From positions 10,314,053-10,378,052 of the forward strand of contig CM119267.1 in NCBI GenBank assembly GCA_051294375.1: a DNA stretch of 64,000 nt, given 5' to 3'. This stretch comes from Paraspadella gotoi (lineage: Eukaryota > Animalia > Chaetognatha). Below are positions 12,778 through 24,906 of the stretch, one piece after another (the stretch's first letter is position 1; each line of letters begins with the position of its first letter). Position numbers and translations under genes: made by a program. Under the pieces are notes generated by a model. That model ran no database searches. It was not told the DNA's origin and worked only from the letters and a program-made list of their open reading frames with translations.

Positions 12778-14475
12778 CTCTCTTTCTTGGTCAGANNNNN
12801 NNNNNNNNNNNNNNNNNNNNNNNNNNNNNNNNNNNNNNNNNNNNNNNNNNNNNNNNNNNNNNNTGGTCAAGGGCATTGGGATGGAAAGTTTCTTTTCTTC
12901 TGGATCGCGGTGTAGACTGGGAAGGGTCCATTCGACGATTTCCGAAAAAGGGAAAGTCGATTGAATCGAATGGTCCCTTTGTACCAAGAGGAAAGAGGTT
13001 CTTGGGGAAAAGATTTTGGGACGGTGACGACGACGACAACGACGACAACGACGACGGCGACAATGTTGATTAAGAAAAATCTAGTCACGTGATCCTTGAT
13101 CGAAGTGGAAGAAATTCCCTCACCAAGAGGCAAGAAAAACCAAACAAACTTTGCTGGCGCTCGATCACTACTTTCTCCAAAAACGGTCGCCGCTTCGCAA
13201 GTGGCAGGATTTCTTATTTCTGCGGTCGTGGATCGTTACTCAATTTAATTTACTAAGATGTTACAAAATTGTCAATCAATTTAATTGTCAGTCGGGAATA
13301 ATTTCCAAATTTTTAACTAATTTTCCCTGATGTTACTTATGTCATAAGTAACATGTCATAACTCATAAGTTATGAATCACGATTTTGGTTTTTGCTTTAA
13401 AATTAGTATTTAAGATTGAAAAAATGTAGAAGGCCTACGAATGGCAGCTTTTTTTTAGCGGTAGGTATGAAATTATCGCCTTTATTCATGCATTATTAAA
13501 AAAAAGTAAAATTCGATCGATTTTANNNNNNNNNNTGTAAAAACATGGTTGTTCTCTTCTCAATCTTTGACCGGAAATCGATGACCAGAAAGAAACGTGC
13601 GCCCTCTTTAGTTTGACAGCAAAAAAGAAAGGAAGGCGATTGGACAGATGGAGACTGACCGTCGGAACTTGGCGTCCCGGCGTGCAACCAGACTGTGGAT
13701 GGACAGAACGGGAGGACAAGAGGCGATTAGAAGGACCTATTCAATTGTTTTGTTGGTTTAAAATTGAAAAGAAAGAAAGAAAAAGTAGTAAATGCGAGAA
13801 ACCGTCGGGCCATGGAAATGCGAAAGGTTAGAAAAATCTTCAACCGGCTGACGGAGGCACGGGGCGGCGCGGCGACGGGGCGGCTTTGGGGCGGGCCCGG
13901 CGTGGCGCATCGACGTCCGTACTCGCGTGACCCATAGAAAGAAAACGAGAAGAGACTTTTTTCCCTTCTCAGCCTTCCAGGTGGCGGCCGAAGATTCCAA
14001 GGAAACGAAATTTATTTGCAGCGTCGCCGGGAAAACATCAACTACCTTCGCCACCCAGTAGATCGGGATTTCTTTTTTTTTTTTTATATTCGCTGCCAAG
14101 AAATTTGCGCCGTTACCGTCGCGGAACGAGCGTCATTTTTGGCGACGTTACAACTTTAGTCTCTGTTTTCTGATCGAATCTGGGAAATCGAGAAAAAAAT
14201 AAACAAACACGAAGACATCGACCGCAAACAAACCCGGATAAGGAACTTTGTTCAAAAACCAAAATAGGGGAAGGAAATCAATTCTAATTAACAACTTCGT
14301 AAAAATAACAAGTGCGAATTTACTGCGTTGGAGGAGACGACGACGAAGACGACGAAGACGACGACGACGACGAGAGCAGACGACATCGACGAGAACGAAA
14401 GAGCGAAAGAGAGACAGAGAGCGAGAGAAAGAGAAACAGAGAAGTCTGACTCCTAAAAGGATCCTTCCCAGTCTT

Positions 14476-14509
<34 letters not shown>

Positions 14510-14511
<2 letters not shown>

Positions 14512-17500
14512 AAGAAGGAATGCGAACAAAGAAGAGAGATGAAGAAATTAGAACGGACTAAGTCTTCAGCGTTGGACGAGTGCAACGAAAAAATACCGAG
14601 TTTAAGTCGCTCTCGTTCGCGGTCCAGTTTTCGGGTCCGCTTCGCTTCCTTCGCATGACCGATCATTCTCGTTCACTTTATACTCTTGGTTATGAGAAGA
14701 AAAAAAACCTATGCTGCACGTTTTGCGTAGGAGTATGGATCGTCCGATTTATGAATAAATTTGTAATAACATAAGAGATGGATTTATTCTAGTATGACCA
14801 TATACGTTGAACATTCGTAATGTTTTCAAAGCATAAATTCAACCCAAAATTCGTCGTTGAAGAGAAACTGTTACAAAAATGATGGAAACGTTAACACAGC
14901 CAAGAAAGGGCGGCTAAACTCAGCCCTATACTTTCCCAGGGAACTTTACTCAATCCAAATACACAACTGGAACTCGAATTTTCAATTTTAAAAAAAATCT
15001 GGTAATTACAAATTAACATTAGGTTTCATTTGTAAATAAGTTGGTAGTTTGTGTAAATGTTCGTGTAATGTAAGAGAATATATATGAAAATATTGAAGCT
15101 TGAAACCGAGATGCATATTCTTGGAAAGAAATTCACAGAGAAACATTCTTTTACGTCTTTTCTTTAGCAACAACCATGGAATACAGACCGTCTCCCGCCT
15201 GACTCACGCTTCGCCGCGTTCATTAGCGCCTTGGAAATTCTCTTCGTCCTGGGATCTGTCGTCGTCATGGCGATCGTCATCGACTTCAACCTCGCCCTCG
15301 TCGCTCATGGAAGCGGCGTTGCTCGGTTGCGGCGTCGTCTCCGTCGGCGTCACCTGGTTTTTCGGCGCCAGTTTCGTTAAGAGGCGAGGATTTTTCTTTC
15401 GCGTCGCGATTTCTGGAAAAACTTATTTTTTATTTGTATTCTTTAAAAGTAAGAACCATCAAACTCTCAGACTGGTTTCCGCGATGATCTTTTTGGTTGT
15501 GATTAACTTTTCCAGCTTCGACATGGAGCGATCCTAGCGACAAAAGTCTCCGCCTCTTGTTTTGCACCCGATTTGCTGGCATCGGGCGGAAATTCATCGC
15601 GGATCGAGATCGAGGGTCTCGCCGTGACGCTCATCCTTCACGCTTCGTTCTTACAGCCTTCCCTGTCTCTTGATTCAGGTTTAAGAGGGTTTTAGTTGAC
15701 TTATTTTAGACGAAGAGAGAGAATTATTGATACGTGTTAATGACAGAACCGTTCAATATAAGCAGTCCCTGAGCTTCCGATCAGGCTGTAACACCGAGTT
15801 TACAGCGGGTTAAGCGCCCCGTCCCTCTTAACTGCAAGGGAGGCCACCGGGTAGAACCCCGGACCTTTGAGTTGGGGAGCGAATGACTTGCCTCCGGCAC
15901 AATGGCCGTGATGAACGGTTTGTGGATTTGGTCCACCATAGACCTAATTTAACTTCCTCTCCCAAACTTCTTTTCACTTGCAGCTTTACGTGAAGAGCAT
16001 CTTTCTGGTTCACTGGTCGTCGCTGAGAACCTCTTTCGTCGCCACCACCGTCACCGAGCTGGTGGCGCGCGTTCAATCGAGGCCTCGCCTTTAACATCAT
16101 GGACGACTCCTAGTGGCCTTCCTTTTCCACCTGGTGGCCATCGCCGTCACCTCGACATTACCTTGTCTGCTTCTTTTTGTTTTTCGTCGACTCGTTCGAA
16201 AAAAGAGGAGGAGGAAGAAAGGAAGGAAGAGGAGAAAGAGGAGGAAGAGGATTAAGAAGATGGAAGTTTCTGGTGAGAGAATTTTTGAGAGTGAGGGAAT
16301 ATTATTAATAATATTATTAAATAATCGCTCTGTCTACGACGATGCCAGCCAAGAAATTGTGCTCGCTCAATTTTTTTAACTTTTCTTTCCAGTCTGCGAC
16401 CCTCCTTGAGGACCCATTCAAGCCAACTCCATCCCGCTCCCTTCACCAACCATCAAGAACGTCCGTCTACATTCGTCTCTCCGTCTGGACCCTCCTCGTC
16501 TCGCCTGGTTGGCCCAAGTCTGGCCTCACCGTCCCCTCCATTTTCAACTGCTTCGTGAGGGAAACTGCTGCCGACGGGGTGCTGCTGGCCGCTGACCTTT
16601 CACCTGCTGCCGCTGCCCGCTCTCGCGGGAAGGGAGTGAGGAAAGAATTGTCCGAATTTAAATAAAGACTTAACGTTTTACTTTAGTATCTCTTTATTTT
16701 TAGACGCTGGCTGCCAAGTGAAACTGCGAGTTGTCAAAAACGGATTTGATCGTCTTCTTTCGCCGTCGTCGTCTTCGAAGCAACGATGGCCGTTTACTTC
16801 TTCGCCGGGAGTCTGGAGGCTCGTCATCAAGAGTTGGCCATGAGGTCGGAGAAGATCCCATTCCTCAAACCATGCCCGAAATCCAAAGGACAGCTTGATT
16901 ATTGCTTGATTTCTGCGAGAATTTTTTTATATCCAGTGCAGTGAGAAAATAATGATGTGCGTTTTCTCATTATTTCACTTGAAAATTATACTTAAAATCT
17001 CAGAAAAATTTATACTTAAAGTTCTCTGAATAATATTTTTTTTGGGCAAAAGTAGTTAGCATATTATAATTGTTCAGTGCTATTTCATTGACAAACTTGG
17101 GCATTCAGTATTTTTTTAAATGAAGCAGGTTTGTAAAGTATTTACATAATTAATTTGCTACTGTGGGATGTTCAATGAGTGATTCACACCACTAAATTGA
17201 ACCGTTTGAAGAAAGAAAAAGACATTGAAAAAAAAAAGAAAAGAAATAAAAAGAGAGATTCTAACGAAAAGAAAATCCTATTTACCTCGTTAGAAGAAAG
17301 AGAGAAAAACTCTTTGCCCGGGATTTTCAGCCGGAGATTGAAAACAAACGACAACAACAACAACAGCGTTGCCAAACAATATCAACGATCCTCTTTGGTC
17401 GCAAAATCTTAAGCGAGACGCAAACATCACGTGACGCGCGAAGTTTGTTTTTTTTTCCAGAAGAAACGGGGCGAATCAAAGAAAAATTCCGAAATAATAA

Positions 17501-19231
17501 AGGTCGACCCGGTGGTATGTGTGCTCTCTGGGGAAGGTTCATGATGGGTTATTTATTTATTCATTGCTCGTAAAATGTCATTGTTATAAACGGTTCTCAG
17601 TGTGACTCAATTTTGTTCTTTTGTTCATTTTCGTGAATCTGAATAACGTAAAGAGGTTAAAGATGACGAAGATACGATGATGACGTGGACGACGACGACG
17701 ATGAAGAGAACGAATAGATAATGACGCCATCGACGTCACACCTTCAAGTCGACAGGTATCGTGATAACACGAAAGAGGGAGTCGCGGGTTCGTGTCGAGG
17801 GAACCAGAAAATTTAGGGAGCGACGGGATGGTTGGAAGGAGGGAAGTGAATTATAATATCTATGAGGTGGCTAATATGGGCTATATTTAGAAATTATTTT
17901 TATAACTGCCTTCTTCGTTTTGCGAACGGAAAGAATTGGATTCGAGACAAAATGAGGTTGGCGGGGGGGGGAGAAAAGGGAATTGAGAATGAGCTATTGG
18001 AGGTTCGATTTGTTTCTTCGATAGAATTTTAAAAAAGAAAAAGAATTAGAGAGGAAAAAGGGAAAAGAAAAGAAGAAAAATGAGGAAAAGAAGGGCCTAT
18101 GTAAATGGAAATAGTAAGTACCTAGAAATAATGATATGAAATTGTAAAACAAACTATAAGAAAATTTACATTCATTAAAAAAAGCTATCTTTCCCTACTT
18201 CTGGCAGGCTATGTGGTGTTTAAGCCTCCATCCAAATCTTCTTAACTACAGTTTCCCTTCGTTTCTCGCTCTTCAAAGTCTATTTATTATCCAGAGTCTG
18301 GACTTCCTGGATCATGAAGTGGAAAATCGTGCTTCAAAAAGAATGATTTCAATTGTATCGCTAAAAAGAACAATCCTTAAGATTAGATCGGGGAAAACAA
18401 ATTGTTAACTCGACACCATAGCACAAAAACAAGGACGCTGAAATTTTATGAAAATATACTAGTATATTAATATATATATAACTTTGAGGGAAACAAAATA
18501 CTAACGATGAAAAATATTAAAAGACGGGGGAATAAAAAAGACAAGAGGAAGAGAAATATAAAAAAAGCTCTCTCTCTCTCTCTCGTCACTTCCTTTCTCT
18601 CTCTCTCTCTCTCTCTCATCTCTCTCTCATCTCTCTTTCTCTCTCTCTCTTTCTTGGTCAAGGCATTGGGATGGAAAGTTCTTTTCTTCTGGATCGGCGG
18701 TGTAACTGGGAAGGGTCCATTCGACGATTCGAAAGGGAAGTCGATTGAATCGAATGGTCCCTTTTGATTCTGAAGATTTTACTAACGTTGATCTAAGAAA
18801 ATCGTTACAATTAAATTCGTCAATCAATTTTAATTGTCAGTCGGGAAATAATTTCGCAAATTTTAACTATTTTCCTGATGTTACTTATGTCATAAGTAAC
18901 ATGTCATAACATAGTTATGAATCACGATTTTGTTTTTGCTTTAAAATTAGTATTTAAGATTGAAAAAATGTAGAGGCCTACGAATGCAGTTTTTTTAGCG
19001 GAGGTATGAAATTATCGCCTTTATTCATGCATTATTAAAAAAAAAGTGAATTCGATCGATTTTAATCCTTTACCTGCATATATAGAGTTAATATTTGGTC
19101 ATTCATGAAAAAATCAACACTGCGTTTTAAAAATTGATATCAGGCGGTTATTTCCGTCTCTCTCTCTCTTTCTCTCTCTTCTCAGTCCACAGCTCGAGAG
19201 AGAGAGAGAGAGGAGAGAAGAGAGAAGAGAG

Positions 19232-19276
<45 letters not shown>

Positions 19277-20237
19277 GTGCTAATGTAAAAACATGGTTGT
19301 TCTCTTCTCAATCTTTGACCGGAAATCGATGACCAGAAAGAAACGTGCGCCTCTTTAGTTTGACAGCAAAAAGAAAGGAAGGCGATTGGGACAGATGGAG
19401 ACTGACCGTCGGAACTTGGCGTCCCGGCGTGCAACCAGACTGTGGATGGACAGAACGGGAGGACAGAAGAGGCGATTAGAAGGACCTATTCAATTGTTTT
19501 GTGGTTTATAAATTGAAAAGAAAGAAAGAAAAAGTAGTAAATGCGAGAAACCGTCGGGCCATGGAAATGCGAAAGGTTAGAAAAATCTTCAACCGGCTGA
19601 CGGAGGCACGGGGCGGCGCGGGCGACGGGCGGCTTTGGGGCGGGCCCGGCGTGGCGCATCGACGTCCGTACTCGCGTGACCCATGAGAAAGAAAACGAGA
19701 AGAGACTTTTTTCCCTTTCAGCCTTCCAGGTGGCGGCCCGAAGATTCAAGGAAACGAAATTTATTTGCAGCGTCGCCGGGAAAACATCAACTACCTTCGC
19801 CACCCAGTAGATCGGGATTTCTTTTTTTTTTTTATATTCGCTGCCAAGAAATTTGCGCGTTACCGTCGCGGAACGAGCGTCAATTTTTGGCGACGTTACA
19901 ACTTTAGTCTCTGTTTTCTGATGAATCTGGGAAATCGAGAAAAAAAATAAACAAACACGAAGACATCGACCGCAAACAAACCCGGATAAGGAACTTTGTT
20001 CAAAAACCAAAAATAGGGAAGGAAATCAATTCTAATTAACAACTTCGTAAAAATAACAAGTGCGAATTTTACTGCGTTGAGGAGACGACGACGAAAACGA
20101 CGAAGACGACGACGACGACGAGAGCAGACGACATCGACGAGAACGAAAGAGCGAAAGAGAGACGAGAGCGAGAGAAAGAGAAACAGAGAAGTCTGACTCC
20201 CTAAAAGGATCCTTCCCAGTCTTCTTTTTCTCTCTCT

Positions 20238-20325
<88 letters not shown>

Positions 20326-20340
20326 TTTCTCTTTCGCAGA
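14510..20340 (+). repeat. Direct tandem copy of about 8820-14510 with scattered 1-bp indels (probable redundant long-read or haplotype assembly)
   Basis: Co-linear match at an offset of about 5.8 kb across coding and non-coding DNA; differences are mostly single-base indels. Confidence 0.88.
15176..16843 (+). pseudogene. Frameshifted second copy of the multi-pass membrane protein gene (probably an artefact rather than a real pseudogene)
   Basis: Same exons, introns and SINE as 9352-11012, with many single-base indels and few substitutions. Confidence 0.6.
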
Positions 20341-20422
20341 AGCTCGAAACAGGAACGAAGGTTACGCGAGTTTAAAAAAAATGTGCGAAAAATAAAAATC
20401 GTTTGAAATTTTCGTCGTCGGC

Positions 20423-20463
<41 letters not shown>

Positions 20464-20703
20464 ATCTCTCTCTCTCCTCTCTCCTCATCTCTCTCTTCTC
20501 CTCTCTCTCTCCTCTCTCTCTCCTGTTTTTTTCANNNNNNNNNNNNNNNNNNNNNNNNNCACGTCTCATCTCTCTCTCTCTCTCCTCATCCTCTCTCATC
20601 TCTCTTCTTTCTCTTTCGCAGAAAGCTCGAAACAGACGAAGGGTACGACGAGTAAAAAAAGTGCGAAAAATAAAAATTCGTTTGAAATTTTCGTCGTCGG
20701 CGA

Positions 20704-20758
<55 letters not shown>

Positions 20759-21654
20759 ATACTCTCTCTTCCCTCTCTCTTCCCTCTTCCCTCCACTCTC
20801 CCTCTCCCCTCTCTCCGCTCATCTCCTCCTCTCTTCTTCTCTGCTCTCTCTTCCCCGATCTCCTCCCCTCTCGCTCCTTCCCTCTCTCCCTCGCCCTCTT
20901 CCTCGTCCCTCATCTCCTCTCATCATCTTTTTTTTCAACCCAATGGCATTTTTTTTCCAACTGCGCTCGACACAACAATTTTAAAAAATCCTAATTTTTT
21001 TCGCTTCTTTTGAATCCCAGGGAAAAAAAAACAAACTTTTAATTTTAAATCATCGCGGCGAATCTGCGCGAAAGAAAGAGATTAAGGTTCTCCCGACGAG
21101 AAACTGTTTACTCCTCGAAAATCGTGACTCACGATTTCAATAAAAGAGAAAAGACGAAGAGAATAAAGAACCATCATGCGGACCGGAGAAAGACAAAGGA
21201 CGGGCGCAGCCAGTCCAAACTCCGACGCGCCGAACCATTCTCCAACTCATTTGCATAACGGAGTTTCGACAGAGGAAGAGTCCGCCTCGTGACATCGTCC
21301 GTCGTCGTCCTTCGCGTGGGGATTTCGTCCGTCACTTTATTTTTTTCCCTTTTTTTTTGTCCGGTACGAAAGATGGCGCGGATTCACTCCTACCTCAATT
21401 CTCACGCCGACGTCTCGCGTCTTGCGACCGACAACGGCGCCCTCTTCGAAGACCTCCAACGAAATTCGACGAGGAGATCGGCGTCTCATTTAACCGTCGT
21501 CTTCGACAAACTCAACGGCGACGCCTTTATCCGCTCGTCGACACGCCAGATAGCACCGCCGCGCCGCCATCGGTGGCATAACGCAACTGTCAATGGCATT
21601 AGCGCCGCCTCATTGACTGTCAGCAGTTCGCGAGACGTCGGGCGCCGATCGCCG

Positions 21655-23236
21655 ATGTCGTGTTTCGCCACGCGCCCTGGTGGCGCCTTTCTCAGTGCCT
21701 TTTGTTTGCTGCTCTTACTGCGGATGAGCGAAGGACAACAGCAACCGTTGGACAACGGATTGCAATCTGAAGGTAAATCCAGCAACTTCGTTGGAATACT
21801 AAAAATTACCAAAAAAAATGTTTTCTTCTGTATGACACGTGAAAGTTAACGTGGNNNNNNNNNNAGGTAAATCCAGCAACATCGTTGGAATACTAAAAAT
21901 TACAATTTGTATGACACCGTGAAAGTTAACATGGCGAAACGTACCCATGCAAATTTTTAGCACATTTCTTTATCAGTGAGCCAAACTTGAAGCTTTATAT
22001 TAATAATACCGCACGCGTTTGGTTCTACCAGACTTATTTTACTTTTACCAAAACCCTCGCTTATCTATAAAAAAGGAAAATTAGTAAAAAGGTAATAAGA
22101 AGCAGACTCGAGGTTGCGAAAATCTCTGACAAAATTTTATACTTCTTCATTTGTCAGCTAAACCATATAGCCAAAAAATATTAAAATATTAAAAATGATT
22201 ATAATTATATACCAAATGATAGCTGAGACCAAGATCTTATTGTCTGATCCATTATTTGGTAATTTTTAATTAAGACATTATATGAAAAAGAAATCTAAAT
22301 AATTGATTCATATAATAGTAAAATAAAAAAAGTGAACTAATGAAATGAGGGTGAGACAAAAACGAAAAAAAAAAATTGTCTGATAAATGACTTGAGATAC
22401 ACGGGCGACGATGTGACGCATTTTCGAGAGGGACAGTCGTAAATCGATTGAATCCCGCGTGACCCTTTTGTTTGTTTCATTTTTTTTCCCCTCGCACTTA
22501 CGCGTCGCTTACGACGCAGTAAACTGGAAGGACGAGCGATCGTATCGATCGTTCGACTCCGAAAGCGAAGCATCGGGTTCTAGATTGTTGTTTACAACTT
22601 CCTCCTAAACGCCCCCCTCCTTCTGCCATCTCCCCCCCCCTCGGGGGTCCCCTTCCACGCTTAATGGTCGAACTCGAAGAAAACGTCTGACTCGACTAAA
22701 TGGCGGGAAAATGCTTGGATCTAGATAAAAACAGCTTGTTTCCGAAAAGATAAAAAAAAAACAACTTATTTTGTTTTCAGTTTGGAACCTCGTTTTGGAG
22801 GAAGGGCAGTTTCACCCCGACGTAACGGTCTTGCCCGATCTTGACTCGTAAGGAGGGGACTGCCTCCTTCTTGCCCGTTCCTCTCGGGAGTGAGCTCGCT
22901 CCTGGCCTTGATTCTAAATTCTTCGAACTTGCTCGAGTTTGCCCGAGCAGGATCTCGACGCTCGATTATCTCGGATCCCCGATTTTGTTATTTAGATTTT
23001 TTTTTCGTCGAAAGACAAAGGACATAATATAATTAGAAAAAGGAAAACTACGCAATTGAAGAAAAAATAGGCAGGACTTTATTCGATAGGATTATTTTTA
23101 AGAATAATTATTAACGACTTTGGTTGTGAGTCTGAGAAAAGATTAACCGAGAAGACAAATAGGAAACAGGAAGAAAAACCTGATTTTGGAATAAAAAAAA
23201 TGTAGACTAGCTAGACAAGTTATGGCCTGAGAATAT

Positions 23237-23300
<64 letters not shown>

Positions 23301-23963
23301 ACACATTCTTCTTTCTTTCATGCTTCGCAAGTTTCAATTGACTTCGTTTTCGTAAACCGCTTACGCTAGCGGAAACGCTAGACGCTGCCTCAAGCATCGT
23401 TCTACGAATAGTTAGGAAATATCCATCTTATGGCGACCAGAACAAATTAAAAAAAAAACTAGAAAATACTATAAGACGAAAAAAATATTTTAGTGTACAA
23501 AGGCTGGGATGAAAGTTCTTTGCGATTCTGATATAATCGGTATTCATGACTCGGCCAAACTCAAAAAATAAATCCGCTCATGCTGTGTGGACAAAAAATT
23601 GGAAAGAGAGACGAACGAATTTTTTTTACAAAAAAAAAAAGGGAAAAGAAATAAAAAATCTCTGAGAGTTCTTTCTCTTAAATTTATTCTCACTGTCGTA
23701 ATGGAAATTGTGGGAAAAAGGCGCCACGCGGCGTTTGGCGGTCGAAGGAGGTCGTGCCGCCTCGGCGTCACACGGAGTTCTCGCTTTCGGGATCACGTCA
23801 TAACCCGGCGAAATGATTGGGCATTGGGTATAGACAATGAGCAATGAACTGAAGCGTGCGTTATTAGATGCAGTTTCAGACGGTTGCCCTTTTCTTGTTT
23901 GGTTTTACGACAGTGAATGTTACTTCGAAGGGGAGAGTCCTTGTCGTTCCGGCCATTGTGGTC
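21655..23963 (+). CDS. Putative 5' exons of a secreted or membrane protein (21655-21772, 22781-22847, 23914-23960/23963)
   Basis: MSCFATRPGGAFLSAFCLLLLLRMSEG (signal-like) ends at G|GTAAAT. The next exons have polypyrimidine-CAG acceptors and GTAAGG/GTACGT donors in matching phases (1, 2, 1): ..QSE|VWNLVLEEGQFHPDVTVLPDLDS|ECYFEGESPCRSGHC. An in-frame upstream ATG exists at 21373. Confidence 0.5.
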
Positions 23964-24824
23964 GTACGTATGTATGTATGTATGTATGTATCTTTTTAAT
24001 ACGAAACTGGTTTAGAAATTTATTTCACTTTTCTAGTTTTCAAAGTCCATTACAGCGACATCTATGGCTGACGACAAAAACCTCACCGACGCCGACGGTT
24101 ATGATTCAAACAAACGTCAAAACATCTTAAAATAAAGAAAATTTAAGTAGAAAGGGAACCAAACTTTTAAAAAATTAAAACTTTCGCGCTTTATTTTTTT
24201 CTCCCATTCCACATCTCTTCATCGTTCCCTCACACTCTTCCCTTCCCTACCATTGACTCCCTCTCTCGATGACGTCCTCTCGCTCTCACAAATCCACTCC
24301 TCGTCGATTCGGTCAACATAACTGCCCGCCGATTTTTTCGAATTTTCGCTTCGAGAGAACGACGACGAGGACGACGACGAAAACGACGACCTCGACGCAG
24401 ACGACGACGACAGCGACGTTAACGTCAACCTCGTAAGAGTCTACAAAAGCTTTCTCATTAAAATTGGATTTGTTTACACATTTTTTCCCCCGATCGGCGA
24501 AAAAAAAAGAACTAAAGAGAGAAAAAAGTATTGTTCGACTCCGTCGTGAAACAAATTTTTATCTGATGACCTTTATAAGCGCGAGGGCCAGAGAGATAAA
24601 GTGAGAAAGAGAGGGTCTTATCTGAATTTCGAACAGAGGTTGTCAGCTGATGTTTGATCGCTGATACGGGAGGCGAGTATCCATTTTTGTTGCCAGGTCG
24701 GGAGCTTTTATTGCGGCGGTCGGATTAATGAGAGCGATTCTCCGAGCTCCGGTCAAAAGTGCATTGACAACGGACGCTCTTTAACAGACGACCGTGAAGC
24801 GATCCAAATATACAAAAGAAAATA

Positions 24825-24906
24825 TGGCAGCGGTGGGATTCGAACCCACGCCTCCGAAGAGACTGGTGCCTTAAACCAGCGCCTTAGACCGCTCGGCCAC
24901 GCTACC
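24825..24906 (-). tRNA. tRNA-Leu(AAG)
   Basis: GGTAGCGTGGCCGAGCGGTCTAAGGCGCTGGTTTAAGGCACCAGTCTCTTCGGAGGCGTGGGTTCGAATCCCACCGCTGCCA: 82 nt, CTGGT/ACCAG anticodon stem with AAG, long variable arm, GTTCGAAT T-loop; T-rich run downstream. Confidence 0.97.
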
